Source of the DNA: an uncultured Spirochaetales bacterium
GTDB lineage: Bacteria > Spirochaetota > Spirochaetia > Sphaerochaetales > Sphaerochaetaceae
Reading direction: 5' to 3'
Assembly (NCBI GenBank): GCA_944390865.1
Contig: CALXRC010000003.1
Coordinates: 52,037-116,036, forward strand
DNA: 64,000 bases
How positions within the stretch are numbered: the first letter of the stretch is position 1; each line of letters opens with the position of its first letter. Under the pieces are notes generated by a model. The model made no database searches. It was not told the origin of the DNA and saw only the letters and a program-made list of their open reading frames with translations. Shown here one piece after another: positions 1 through 9,448 of the stretch. Made by a program: the position numbers and the translations under genes.

Positions 1-732
1 AACTCCTGACACGGCACTGTATTCACCCTTGGCATTTGTCTTGAACAGCTGGATGTTGCTCCAGGTGTCCGCGCTGTCAGCACCTACGAAGATTGGAATG
101 TCCCCGATGATTCTGATGCCGTGTCTGTTTGCGTAATGGCGCAGGCGCAGCCACTGCTTCAGGAAAAAGTACTGCAGCACTCGGTAGATTTCAGCCTGTC
201 TTGAGTACTTTTTCAGAGTCTCCTCACTGTACTTGTCTTCCCAGAGCATCCAGCGTGCATCATGATATTTTTCATCATACAGCGTCATGAAGACGGCATA
301 ACCGTCAAGCCAGAAGGCGTTTTCCTGCTTGAACTTCCTGTAGTCAGTCCTGTGCTTGCGCGAGAGCAGAAACTCTTTTGCTGCCTTTTTCAGCAGCGGA
401 AGCTTATACGCTCTGACTGCATCAAAGTCAACATGTCCTTCCGGGAAGGCCGGGGGAAAGGCGATGTCTTCCTTTGTCAGATAACCTTCCTGTGCAAGCT
501 CCTTTAGATCAATCAGCAGTTCATTGCCTGCAAAGGTTGAACGTGCGGCGTACGGGCTGTTGCCGTAGCCTGTGGGACCAAGAGGCAGGATCTGCCATAA
601 AGTCGCTCCGGTCAGGGCAAGCTTGTCAACAAAACGGTATGCGTTCTGGCCCATGTCACCGATGCCGTACTCTGTCTGTATGCTGGTGATGTGGAACAGG
701 ATTCCGCTGTATCGGGCCTCAGTTATTTCCAT
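1..732 (-). CDS. malQ: 4-alpha-glucanotransferase (amylomaltase, GH77), 5' part; runs off the window start
   Basis: Manual translation from ATG 732: MEITEARYSGILFHITSIQTEYGIGDMG...LWQILPLGPTGYGNSPY..STFAGN, and later IRIIGDIPIFV, typical of GH77. GGAG RBS upstream. Absent from the ORF track because it is truncated. Confidence 0.93.
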   Translation of the reverse strand, partial: MEITEARYSGILFHITSIQTEYGIGDMGQNAYRFVDKLALTGATLWQILPLGPTGYGNSPYAARSTFAGNELLIDLKELAQEGYLTKEDIAFPPAFPEGHVDFDAVRAYKLPLLKKAAKEFLLSRKHRTDYRKFKQENAFWLDGYAVFMTLYDEKYHDARWMLWEDKYSEETLKKYSRQAEIYRVLQYFFLKQWLRLRHYANRHGIRIIGDIPIFVGADSADTWSNIQLFKTNAKGEYSAVSGV

Positions 733-1771
733 AATTACTCCTTTGCTCCTGTGGAGCAGGTCCTAAAGTCTCTCCTTCTATCACAGAGAAGGGGACAAGA
801 GGCGCTTTCTCAACTTTTCTGCCTTCGAGAAGGTCAAACATCAGCCGGGCGGCAGTTCTGCCTTTCTCGAATCCCGGCTGGCTGATTGTGCTCAGCCGCC
901 TGCGGAAGCAGAATGAGTCGATATTGTCAAATCCGATGACGGAAATGTCTTCCGGCACGCGGATGTCATGGCACTCCATCCAGCTTATGATTCCGTAGGC
1001 CTGGATATCGCTCATTGTGACGACACAGGTGCTTCCTCTGGCGACAATGGACGCTGCCGTGAGCTGTCCTTCAGCATAGGTTGTCGCACTCGCAGAGAAG
1101 AAGTTCACATCTTCATCCCTGATGCCGTAGTCGGCAAGCGCCCTTCTGTAGCCTGCAAGGCGTCTTGCCACAATTCCCCTTGCTCCTTCTGCGCTCTGCA
1201 GCGAAGGCGCAGGGAGCGATACGATGCTGATCTTTCTGTGTCCCAATTTCAATGCGCTCTCAAGCTGTGTGTAGGCAGCATTCTCGTCATCGATATTGAC
1301 AGACAGGAAGGTCTCATCCTCGCCTCCGTCGATCATGACCAGCGGAAGGTTTATCTGGTCTGCAAGCGAGCCGACTCCGTCGCTGAGAAGATATCCCATT
1401 GTCACAAGGCCGTCGACTGTGACTCCCTTGACGGCCTCATAGACAGAATCATTGAGGGGAGGGACGAGGCTGAGCATGTACCCATGCTCCTGACATACTC
1501 TTCCCAGTCCCCTTGTGACATCGACAATGTAAGGGTTGAGCAGGCAGGTCTCAATATCCTGCGGCAGCAGAAAGCCGAGAGTGAACTGGCGTCCCAGAGA
1601 GAAGTTTCTCGCTCTGGGATCAGGAATGTAGTTCAGTCTGTCTGCCACTTTCAGGATCTTTTCCCTTGCTGCCTGGCTTATTCTCTCCGGTGCGTTGAAG
1701 GCAAATGAAACAGCAGTCTTGGAATAACCGGAAGCCTTGGCTAAATCTGCAATTGTCACTCTTTTTCCCAT
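719..1771 (-). CDS. LacI-family transcriptional regulator
   Basis: N-terminal HTH VTIADLAKASGYSKTAVSFAFN and C-terminal VPEDISVIGFD. Start moved to ATG 1771. Confidence 0.93.
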   Translation of the reverse strand: MGKRVTIADLAKASGYSKTAVSFAFNAPERISQAAREKILKVADRLNYIPDPRARNFSLGRQFTLGFLLPQDIETCLLNPYIVDVTRGLGRVCQEHGYMLSLVPPLNDSVYEAVKGVTVDGLVTMGYLLSDGVGSLADQINLPLVMIDGGEDETFLSVNIDDENAAYTQLESALKLGHRKISIVSLPAPSLQSAEGARGIVARRLAGYRRALADYGIRDEDVNFFSASATTYAEGQLTAASIVARGSTCVVTMSDIQAYGIISWMECHDIRVPEDISVIGFDNIDSFCFRRRLSTISQPGFEKGRTAARLMFDLLEGRKVEKAPLVPFSVIEGETLGPAPQEQRSNYGNN

Positions 1772-1787
1772 ACGCACCCCCGTTGAA

Positions 1788-2630
1788 TCAGCCTTTGACA
1801 GCGCCTGCAAGGACGCCCTTGATGATGTACTTCTGACAGAAGAGATAGAAGACAATGACCGGAATCATGGCAAGCACCAGCATTGCCATCATCGCACCCA
1901 TGTCAACAGAACCGTAGCCGCCCCTGAGGTACTGAATTGCAACAGGAATTGTCCTGTACTCAGTGCCGATTACCAGATAGGGCATGAGATAGTCGTTCCA
2001 GACCCACATTGTCTCGAGGATTGCGATTGTGATTGCTGTGCTCTTGAGCATAGGAAGCACGACTGAGAAGAATGTCCTCACAGGCGTTGCTCCGTCAATC
2101 ATCGCAGCTTCCTCAAGCGCGATCGGTATGCTCTTGATGAAGCCTGAGAACATGAATGTGCTCATTCCGCAGCCGAAGCCGACATAGAGAATGATGATGC
2201 CGACCGGGTTGTCGATGTGGATCATGTTAGCGAACTTGCTCATTGTGAACATGACCATCTGGAATGGAACGATCATTGAGAACACCAGCAGGTAGTAGAT
2301 GGCGGAAGTCACCTTTCCCTTGACGCGGGTGATGTACCAGGCAAGCATGCTTGTCAGCAGCAGGATGAAGATGACGGATGCGACCGTGATCCACAGCGAA
2401 TAGCCGAATGCTGAGAAGAAGTTGATTCTCTCAACTCCGTTGACGTAGTTGCTCATTCCGACAAAGCTCTGTGCGTTTGGAAGCTGGAAGGCTCCGGTTG
2501 AGGAGATGAACAGATTTCCCTTGAACGAGTTCATCACGACAACGAGGATAGGGAAGATGATGAATGCAGCAACGATCAGAAGCACTGCGAAGATAATCCA
2601 CTTTGTGTATTTGTTAGATACCATTGCCAT
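1788..2630 (-). CDS. carbohydrate ABC transporter permease (MalG/MsmG-like)
   Basis: Multiple TM segments, EAA loop LEEAAMIDGA, C-terminal GAVKG. Confidence 0.93.
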   Translation of the reverse strand: MAMVSNKYTKWIIFAVLLIVAAFIIFPILVVVMNSFKGNLFISSTGAFQLPNAQSFVGMSNYVNGVERINFFSAFGYSLWITVASVIFILLLTSMLAWYITRVKGKVTSAIYYLLVFSMIVPFQMVMFTMSKFANMIHIDNPVGIIILYVGFGCGMSTFMFSGFIKSIPIALEEAAMIDGATPVRTFFSVVLPMLKSTAITIAILETMWVWNDYLMPYLVIGTEYRTIPVAIQYLRGGYGSVDMGAMMAMLVLAMIPVIVFYLFCQKYIIKGVLAGAVKG

Positions 2631-2631
2631 A

Positions 2632-3477
2632 TCAGTTTTCGACCTCCCTGCTTCGTGTTGCGACCAGCTGTATAAGCGCTATTGCCGCGACAAGTATTGT
2701 GAACAGCACTGCCTTTGCCTGTCCGACTCCTTCGAAGCCGACACGCGAATAGAAGGTGTTGAAGATGTTCAGAGCCAGCATTTCTGTCTGGTGGTTCGGA
2801 GCACCGTTTGTGAGTGCCAGGTTCTGATCGTAAAGCTTGAAGCCGTTTGTCAGCGTCAGGAACATGCAGATCGTGATGCTTGGCATTACGGAAGGAATGA
2901 CGATCTTGAACAGCGTTGTCCTGCTGTTTGCTCCGTCAATGGAAGCCGCTTCCAGCATGTCGCTGGAGATGTTCTGGATTGCGGCAATGTAGATGACCAT
3001 CATGTATCCGATGTTCTGCCAGTTCATGAGGATGACAAGGCCCCAGAAGCCGTATTTGGCATCGGAGAGCAGCGTCTGCTCGAAGTTTGCAAGAACGCCG
3101 TTGAGGACAACCTGCCAGATCCAGCCGAGGACGATTCCTCCGATGAGGTTAGGCATGAAGAAAATTGTCCTGAACGTGTTTGTTCCGGGCACATTCTTTG
3201 TAAGTATCAGTGCCAGGGCGAAGGCCAGGATGTTGATGGTTATCACAGTGATGATTGTGAAGCCCAGCGTGAACCAGAAGGCCTGTGTGAAATAGTTGTC
3301 AATCGTGAAAGCCCTGATGTAGTTGTCCAGTCCGACAAAGCTTGCATCCGTGATTGCCCGGAACTCGCAGAAGGAGAGGATGAAGCCCCAGATCATAGGA
3401 ATGAAGAAGGCAAGCGCAAAACAAATCAGCGCGGGCAGGGCAAAGAGAGCAAAATATTTTCTGAGTGTCTTTTCCAT
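2632..3477 (-). CDS. carbohydrate ABC transporter permease (MalF/MsmF-like)
   Basis: FVGLDNY motif, EAA loop LEAASIDGA, TM segments. Confidence 0.93.
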   Translation of the reverse strand: MEKTLRKYFALFALPALICFALAFFIPMIWGFILSFCEFRAITDASFVGLDNYIRAFTIDNYFTQAFWFTLGFTIITVITINILAFALALILTKNVPGTNTFRTIFFMPNLIGGIVLGWIWQVVLNGVLANFEQTLLSDAKYGFWGLVILMNWQNIGYMMVIYIAAIQNISSDMLEAASIDGANSRTTLFKIVIPSVMPSITICMFLTLTNGFKLYDQNLALTNGAPNHQTEMLALNIFNTFYSRVGFEGVGQAKAVLFTILVAAIALIQLVATRSREVEN

Positions 3478-3501
3478 AGTTGCGAACCCTGAAGTGCGTT
3501 A

Positions 3502-3542
3502 AGAAAAAAGCCGTCATCCACGATTGAGTTCCGAATGACGGC
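3502..3542 (-). terminator. stem-loop with U-tract between the SBP and permease genes (partial terminator or mRNA stabiliser)
   Basis: GCCGTCAT...ATGACGGC inverted repeat followed by a T-run on the minus strand. Confidence 0.6.
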
Positions 3543-3562
3543 CTTGATATCACATACGGCTG

Positions 3563-4900
3563 TTATCTGCCGTAGATTTCTGCTTCACGAGCCCATGCGT
3601 CAATTGCGACCTGAGTTACCTGATCCCAGGTGTAACGTCCGTTGATGTACTCGAGCATGGCCTGTGCGAAGTCAGCCTTCCACTGCTCTGAAGGAATGCC
3701 TCCGAATACCCATGGAACAGATGTGATGCCATCCTTGTTCATCCAGATGTTGACCTGGCGGGCAAGAGGATCGTTTGGAACTTCATCTGCAGTGAATGAG
3801 GCAAACGGTGTGATGAACATCAGATCGTTTGTTACAATCGGCTTTCCTTCATCGCTGCTGAAGAGCCATGTGAGGAATGTGTCTGCGCCCTCAAGAGCCT
3901 CTGGGGAAGCATTCTTGTTGAATGCGAGGTAGTTCTCGGTTCCAATGCAGATTCCCTGATTCTCTTCACCGTCAATACCCATATAGAGCGGGAGGAACTT
4001 GATGTCTTCGTCTGCTACGACATTGCCCTGGGTTCCGAGGATCTGAGCAGCTGCCCAGTTTCCGTTCTGCACCATTGCAACCTGTCCGAGTGCGAACTCT
4101 GCCATGCTGTCGGCATCACCGCGTGATCCGACCATGCCCTTGGCTGTGATTGAGTTGTTGAGGTAGAGATCAAAGAGGTTCTTGAAGTTCTCTCCTGCGG
4201 CAAACTCGAATGTCTTTGCTGCACTGGCTGTAGCGAGGTCACCGAACTCAGCAACGAGAGCTGGGTTCACGAGGTGAGTGGTCCATCTCCATTCACTGCC
4301 CGGCATGAAGGAAGTTGAGGCAAAGACGCCCTGGATTCCCAGCTCATCGAGGTGCTTTGACATATCCTCGACGACTGCCTTCAGTGTATCGAAGTTTGTG
4401 ATTTCCTCTGCGCTGCTGATGCTTACTGCCTTGTCAGGAAGCGCGAAGTACTTTCTCATGATTGAATCGTTGTAGATGATTCCGTAGCCTTCAACAGCAT
4501 ATGGAACAGCAACGATATTGCCGTCAAGGCTGAGTGCGAGGCTCTTGTCTGCCAGGAGGTTGTAGAAGTCAGTATCCTGGAGCGGAGCGACTGTGTTGAC
4601 GTTTTCTGAAATGCCTACAGGTCCGTTCACCTGGAAGATCACAGGCGGAGCTGACTTGCTGAGCTCGCTCATCAGTGTCTGCTGATACTGGTTGGAAGCG
4701 GCTGTGACGACCTTGAGGTCATACTGGGGATAAGCAGCTTCGAATGCAGGCTCTACAACATTTGTATATACGTCTGCAATTTCCGGCTTGAAGTTCAGGA
4801 AGTAGACTTCTGTCTTTCCGGAACTTTCACTGCTGCCGTTTGCGAAAACGCTGGTGACAGCAATCAAAGCGATGAGCAGAAATGTCAATGCTTTTCTCAT
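3563..4900 (-). CDS. sugar (malto-oligosaccharide) ABC transporter substrate-binding protein
   Basis: Signal peptide MRKALTFLLIALIAVTSVFANG, SBP_bac_1-like motifs (VPYAVEGYGIIYN, AMVQNGNW), first gene of the operon, AGGAG RBS. Confidence 0.9.
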   Translation of the reverse strand: MRKALTFLLIALIAVTSVFANGSSESSGKTEVYFLNFKPEIADVYTNVVEPAFEAAYPQYDLKVVTAASNQYQQTLMSELSKSAPPVIFQVNGPVGISENVNTVAPLQDTDFYNLLADKSLALSLDGNIVAVPYAVEGYGIIYNDSIMRKYFALPDKAVSISSAEEITNFDTLKAVVEDMSKHLDELGIQGVFASTSFMPGSEWRWTTHLVNPALVAEFGDLATASAAKTFEFAAGENFKNLFDLYLNNSITAKGMVGSRGDADSMAEFALGQVAMVQNGNWAAAQILGTQGNVVADEDIKFLPLYMGIDGEENQGICIGTENYLAFNKNASPEALEGADTFLTWLFSSDEGKPIVTNDLMFITPFASFTADEVPNDPLARQVNIWMNKDGITSVPWVFGGIPSEQWKADFAQAMLEYINGRYTWDQVTQVAIDAWAREAEIYGR

Positions 4901-4981
4901 TTGTTTTTCTCCTTTTGAATTCTCTGCTTGGACTGAGGGGAACCAAAGCATGAACGCTTTAAATTTACCTCTCTGACTATT

Positions 4982-5010
4982 ATGCTAAATCGGTTTTCTA
5001 AACCGGTCAA
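4982..5010 (-). promoter_or_regulatory. sigma70 promoter overlapped by two LacI-type operator-like sites
   Basis: Minus strand TTGACC-N17-TAGCAT. The overlapping TAAATCGGTTTT and TAAACCGGTCAA resemble the palindrome TAAACCGGTTTA with a central CG. Confidence 0.6.
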
Positions 5011-5133
5011 CAAAAATTTTCAGAAATTTTTTCTGATGCCGTCTTTTGATAAAAATGCAACATTATTGATTTTTAGGATTTAAGGTATTTTGATTATAGA
5101 GGGAAATTTCCTTTTTTGCTAAGATCAGCAAAT

Positions 5134-6234
5134 ATGGATACAAATGAAATTCTGAACATCATTATGATCGGTGTAGGTCTTATTCTCATTTACCTCGCGA
5201 TCAAAAAGGAGATGGAGCCAACACTTCTTCTCCCAATGGGATTCGGAGCCATTCTCGTAAACCTTCCTGGTTCAGTCATGCTTCAGGACAACGCGATCCT
5301 GCAGTGGCTTTACAATGTGGGTATCGAGAGTGCAGAAGCTTTCCCGCTTCTTCTCTTCATCGGAATCGGCGCCATGATTGATTTCGGTCCGCTTATCTCC
5401 AAACCCTGGCTGATCTTCATCGGTGCGGCAGGTCAGGGCGGCATCTTCATCTCAATGATCCTTGCTTCTGCCCTGGGCTTCCCGCTCAATGATGCTGCAA
5501 GCATCGGCATCATCGGTGCTGCTGACGGTCCGACCGCAATCCTTGTCTCCCAGCGCCTGCATTCGAACTACGTCGCAGCCATCCTTGTCGTGGCCTACTG
5601 CTATATGGCCCTTGTTCCGATGATACAGCCTGTCGTGCTCAAGCTGACTACGACAAAGCATGAGAGGGCGATTCAGATGCACTACAAGCCAAGCGCAGTG
5701 TCAAAGACAACAAGAATCATCTTCCCGATTGTCACAACAGTTGTCTGCGGCATCCTCGCTCCGGATTCAGCTGCCCTTGTCGGCATGCTCATGTTCGGCA
5801 ACCTCTTAAGGGAGTGCGGTGTTCTTGACAGCCTCTCAAGAGCTGCCCAGGACATGCTCAGCCCGCTTATCACTCTGCTGCTCGGTCTTGCAATTTCTCC
5901 GATGATGAAAGGCGAGGCACTGCTGCAGGGCGCAACCCTCATGATCATGGCCTTCGGTCTTGTCGCCTTCATCTTTGACACAGCATGCGGCGTCATCTTC
6001 CTCAAGATAGTCAACATCTTCCTGCCGAAGGACAAGAAGATCAATCCGCTTATCGGCGGTGCAGGCATCTCTGCATTCCCGATGTCAAGCCGTGTTGTCC
6101 AGAAAGTCGGCATTGAAGCAAACAAGCAGAATCACCTGCTTCCGTTTGCCCTCGGTGCAAACGTCTCAGGCCAGATCGCCTCTGTGCTTGCCGGCGGCCT
6201 TCTGCTGTCTGAACTTATTCCATTCTTTGGTTAA
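5134..6234 (+). CDS. oadB: sodium ion-translocating decarboxylase subunit beta (OadB/MmdB/GcdB family)
   Basis: EPTLLLPMGFGAILVN, IGIIGAADGPT, SAFPMSSR and GANVSGQI motifs. Confidence 0.9.
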   Translation: MDTNEILNIIMIGVGLILIYLAIKKEMEPTLLLPMGFGAILVNLPGSVMLQDNAILQWLYNVGIESAEAFPLLLFIGIGAMIDFGPLISKPWLIFIGAAGQGGIFISMILASALGFPLNDAASIGIIGAADGPTAILVSQRLHSNYVAAILVVAYCYMALVPMIQPVVLKLTTTKHERAIQMHYKPSAVSKTTRIIFPIVTTVVCGILAPDSAALVGMLMFGNLLRECGVLDSLSRAAQDMLSPLITLLLGLAISPMMKGEALLQGATLMIMAFGLVAFIFDTACGVIFLKIVNIFLPKDKKINPLIGGAGISAFPMSSRVVQKVGIEANKQNHLLPFALGANVSGQIASVLAGGLLLSELIPFFG

Positions 6235-6243
6235 CAGGAGGAT

Positions 6244-6369
6244 ATGTCTATGCCTAATCCAGTATTATTAGCCTTGCAGAGCTGGGGACTGCTTGCAGGA
6301 ACACTCGGCATCCTTTTTGTGGCACTTGTTGTTCTCAACAAGCTCACAGGAAAGAAGAAGGATAAGTAA
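6244..6369 (+). CDS. 41-aa single-pass membrane microprotein, OadG/gamma-subunit-like
   Basis: Manual translation MSMPNPVLLALQSWGLLAGTLGILFVALVVLNKLTGKKKDK*. AGGAGG RBS at 6236-6241 (start may be ATG 6250). One TM helix with a basic tail. Confidence 0.75.
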   Translation: MSMPNPVLLALQSWGLLAGTLGILFVALVVLNKLTGKKKDK

Positions 6370-6389
6370 ATTACACCTTAATATAACCT

Positions 6390-6422
6390 GAGGCCCGGAA
6401 CTGCTCCGGGTCTCATTTTTTT
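6390..6422. terminator. intrinsic terminator between convergent genes
   Basis: GAGGCCCGGA-ACTGC-TCCGGGTCTC hairpin followed by a T-run. Confidence 0.65.
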
Positions 6423-7645
6423 CTCATCACAAGAGTGACTGTTTTTTCATTGTAGTCAGCTGAGACAAGCCGTCCTGATCTGTAGCACTCTTCAATTTCT
6501 GCGCTGTCGCTGACATCAAGCGTGACAGTCTGTGTACCCATCAGCGCTGAGGCCGTTTCCTCTATCCTGTTCCTGAGCTCATCAAGTCCCTCTCCAGTCC
6601 TTGCCGAAAGCATAACTGCATCCGGGTGCTCCGCGAGCACTGTGGCAAGTGCAAAGTCCTCTCTTATGCCGAGATCTGTCTTGTTTACGGCAAGAATGAC
6701 AGGCTTGTCCATTGCCCTGAGCTCATTCAGGACAGTCACTGTCGTTTCCCACTTTCCTCCCAGATCCTCAGCAGAGGCATCCAGCACAATGATAAGTGCG
6801 TCAGCCAGCCTTGCTTCCTCAAGAGTGGAGGAGAAGGCGTCAATGAGGAAATGCGGGAGATTTGAGACAAAGCCCACTGTGTCTGAAAGAATGACTTTCA
6901 TCCCTGATTTCAGCCTCAGGACGCGCTCAAGCGGATCAAGGGTCGCAAACAGTTTGTCCTCTTCGCTTGTCCTGCTTCCTGTGAGTTTTCCGAGGATTGT
7001 GCTCTTGCCGCAGTTCGTATAGCCGACAAGCGCAAAGCTGACTGTATCAGAGGACAGTCTCTTCTTTCTCTGTGTATCACGCTGTCTTCTGACAGCCTCA
7101 ATTGCCTTTCTGAGTTTCGAGATCTCCTCAAGAATCCTTCTGCGGCTCAGCTCTGTCTGCTTTTCTCCTTCTCCCTTGGCTCCTCTGACGCCTCCTCTCT
7201 GCTGGGCATAGATGACACCGCTCTGGCGCAGTCTGGGAAGGAGGAACTGGAGGCGGGCCAGCTGGACCTGAAGCCGGGCTTCACGGCTGGAGGCACGAGA
7301 GGCGAAGATTTCGATGATCAGCTCATTTCTGTCCAGTACCGGAAAGCCTGTCCTCATCTCGAGATTGCGCTGATGTCTGGCACTGAGCGCGCTGTCAATG
7401 TACACGAAGTCCGCATTGAAATAGAGTGCACTCTGGCTTATCTGCTCGACCTGACCCGAGGAAAACAGAGTCGCGCTGTCGACAGCCCTTATATTGAAGC
7501 TCATTGAATAGACTGCATGAAAGTCAAGGGATTCAAGCAGGCTCTCCGCCTCATCCTGGACTATCTTCACCTGCCAGTCCTCTTTTCTTTCATAAAAAAG
7601 TGTCACACAGAGTGCTTTTTGTATTTCTGCCATCGCAAGTGCCAA
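6413..7645 (-). CDS. hflX: GTPase HflX
   Basis: G1 GYTNCGKS, DKLFATLDP, G3 DTVGF, G4 NKTD, N-terminal EARLQVQLARL. Start uncertain. Confidence 0.93.
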   Translation of the reverse strand: MALAMAEIQKALCVTLFYERKEDWQVKIVQDEAESLLESLDFHAVYSMSFNIRAVDSATLFSSGQVEQISQSALYFNADFVYIDSALSARHQRNLEMRTGFPVLDRNELIIEIFASRASSREARLQVQLARLQFLLPRLRQSGVIYAQQRGGVRGAKGEGEKQTELSRRRILEEISKLRKAIEAVRRQRDTQRKKRLSSDTVSFALVGYTNCGKSTILGKLTGSRTSEEDKLFATLDPLERVLRLKSGMKVILSDTVGFVSNLPHFLIDAFSSTLEEARLADALIIVLDASAEDLGGKWETTVTVLNELRAMDKPVILAVNKTDLGIREDFALATVLAEHPDAVMLSARTGEGLDELRNRIEETASALMGTQTVTLDVSDSAEIEECYRSGRLVSADYNEKTVTLVMRKK

Positions 7646-7712
7646 TTGTAGCTGAAAATTTGACAGTCTGTCAGCTTGTGATTATTTTCCTTTCAGACCA
7701 GGAGGAGACAAC

Positions 7713-8162
7713 ATGAAGAAACTTGTAGCTTATTTTTCCTGCAGCGGAAGGACCGCTGAGAGGGCAAGGGAGCTTGCGGCAGCTGCCGGAGCTGACTTGT
7801 TCGAGATTGAGAGCAGGGAGCCATACTCAGGCGCGGACCTGAACTGGAGAGACAGAAACAGCCGCTGCAGCCGTGAGATGAATGATCCTTCAAGCAGGCC
7901 TGAGCTGAAAAAGGCAGAGCTTGATCTGTCAGATTATGACGATATCTATATTGGCTACCCGATCTGGTGGGGCATCGCTCCGCGCGAGATAAACACGTTC
8001 ATTGAGGCAAATGACCTGAAGGGCAAGCGCATTGCCATCTTTGCAACCTCCGGAGGCAGCGGAATCGATTATGCGCTGAAGGACCTGAGGGCTTCGTATC
8101 CTGAGCTGAACATTGTCACCGGAGTCCTTGCGCGCGGAAAGCTTTCACAGGACATTCTCTGA
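7713..8162 (+). CDS. flavodoxin
   Basis: VAYFSCSGRT, IGYPIWWG, FATSGGSG motifs; AGGAG RBS. Confidence 0.9.
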   Translation: MKKLVAYFSCSGRTAERARELAAAAGADLFEIESREPYSGADLNWRDRNSRCSREMNDPSSRPELKKAELDLSDYDDIYIGYPIWWGIAPREINTFIEANDLKGKRIAIFATSGGSGIDYALKDLRASYPELNIVTGVLARGKLSQDIL

Positions 8163-8219
8163 CTGTTTGTTGAACCTTCCTCTCTTTTAGGTTAAGCTCA
8201 TAGGCCGAGGAAAAACACT

Positions 8220-9326
8220 ATGGCTTTGAACTGTGGAATAGTAGGCCTGCCCAATGTAGGCAAGTCAACAATATTCTCGGCAGTGACCAGCGCTCCTGCT
8301 GAGGCTGCCAATTATCCTTTCTGTACAATCGACCCGAATGTGGGAATGGTCGCCGTGCCTGATTCCCGTCTTGACAGGATTGTCTCCCTGATCCCTCCCG
8401 CAAAGGTCATTCCGGCTTCTGTCGAATTTGTCGACATCGCCGGACTGGTTAAGGGTGCAAGCCAGGGAGAAGGCCTGGGCAACAGGTTTCTGGCCTCAAT
8501 CAGGGAAGTGGGCGTCATAGCCCACGTCGTAAGGTGCTTTGACAATCCTGATATCGTGCATGTCAGCGGAAGGATTGACCCGGCATCCGACATTGAGACA
8601 ATAAACATAGAGCTTGCGCTTGCTGATCTTGAGACTGTTGAGAAACGCTACGACAAGATGAGCCGTCTGGCCCGTGTGGACAAGGAACAGCAGAAGGAGA
8701 ACGCCTTTGTCCTTCCTGTCCTTGAAAGGCTGAAGGAAGCCCTGGGCGACGGAAAGTCTGCCCGTTCCGTCATCACTGACGAAGATGAGATCAAGGCCAT
8801 TTACGATCTTCATCTCATCACGATGAAGCCTGTCATCTACGTATGCAACGTTGATGAGGATTCAATCGGTCAGGACAATGACTATGTGCGCACTGTCCGC
8901 TCAATTGCCGAAAGGGAAGGCAGCGAGGTTGTCGTCATCTGCGGCAAGATCGAGTCTGAGATTGCGGCCCTGGACACACAGGCGGAGCGTGATGAGTTCC
9001 TTGCCGCTGTAGGTCTTGAGGAAAGCGGTCTGAACAACCTGATCCGCTCAGCATACTCGACACTCGGCCTGAGGACCTTCTTCACTGCAGGAAGCGATGA
9101 GGACAGGGCCTGGACCTTCCACGAGGGCGACAAGGCCCCCCGCTGTGCCGGCATAATCCATTCTGATTTCGAGAAGGGCTTCATCAGGGCAGAGGTGTAC
9201 AACTGCAATGATCTGTTCGAGTATGGCAGCGAGCTGAAGGTGAGGGAAGCGGGCAAACTGAGAATTGAAGGCAAGGATTATGTCGTTCAGGACGGTGACA
9301 TCATGCACTTCAGGTTCAATGTCTGA
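8220..9326 (+). CDS. ychF: redox-regulated ribosome-binding ATPase YchF
   Basis: GIVGLPNVGKST, ANYPFCTIDPN, DIAGLV and C-terminal FRFNV. Confidence 0.97.
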   Translation: MALNCGIVGLPNVGKSTIFSAVTSAPAEAANYPFCTIDPNVGMVAVPDSRLDRIVSLIPPAKVIPASVEFVDIAGLVKGASQGEGLGNRFLASIREVGVIAHVVRCFDNPDIVHVSGRIDPASDIETINIELALADLETVEKRYDKMSRLARVDKEQQKENAFVLPVLERLKEALGDGKSARSVITDEDEIKAIYDLHLITMKPVIYVCNVDEDSIGQDNDYVRTVRSIAEREGSEVVVICGKIESEIAALDTQAERDEFLAAVGLEESGLNNLIRSAYSTLGLRTFFTAGSDEDRAWTFHEGDKAPRCAGIIHSDFEKGFIRAEVYNCNDLFEYGSELKVREAGKLRIEGKDYVVQDGDIMHFRFNV

Positions 9327-9448
9327 GTTTTTGGCCGATTGAAAAGGTAAAAGAAACTCTTATCGAGTAAATGCAACTTTGAGCATACGAAGTCCTGAGA
9401 GGTGGCTCAGAATCTACAATCTGATCATATTCTCGTCATAATCTAATC

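Noticed and set aside
968-3492. Long antisense ORFs (968-1708, 2449-3492; likewise 21937-22863, 32458-33387, 49552-50484, 62093-63202)
   Set aside because: Shadow frames of well-supported genes on the opposite strand, with no motifs or RBS.
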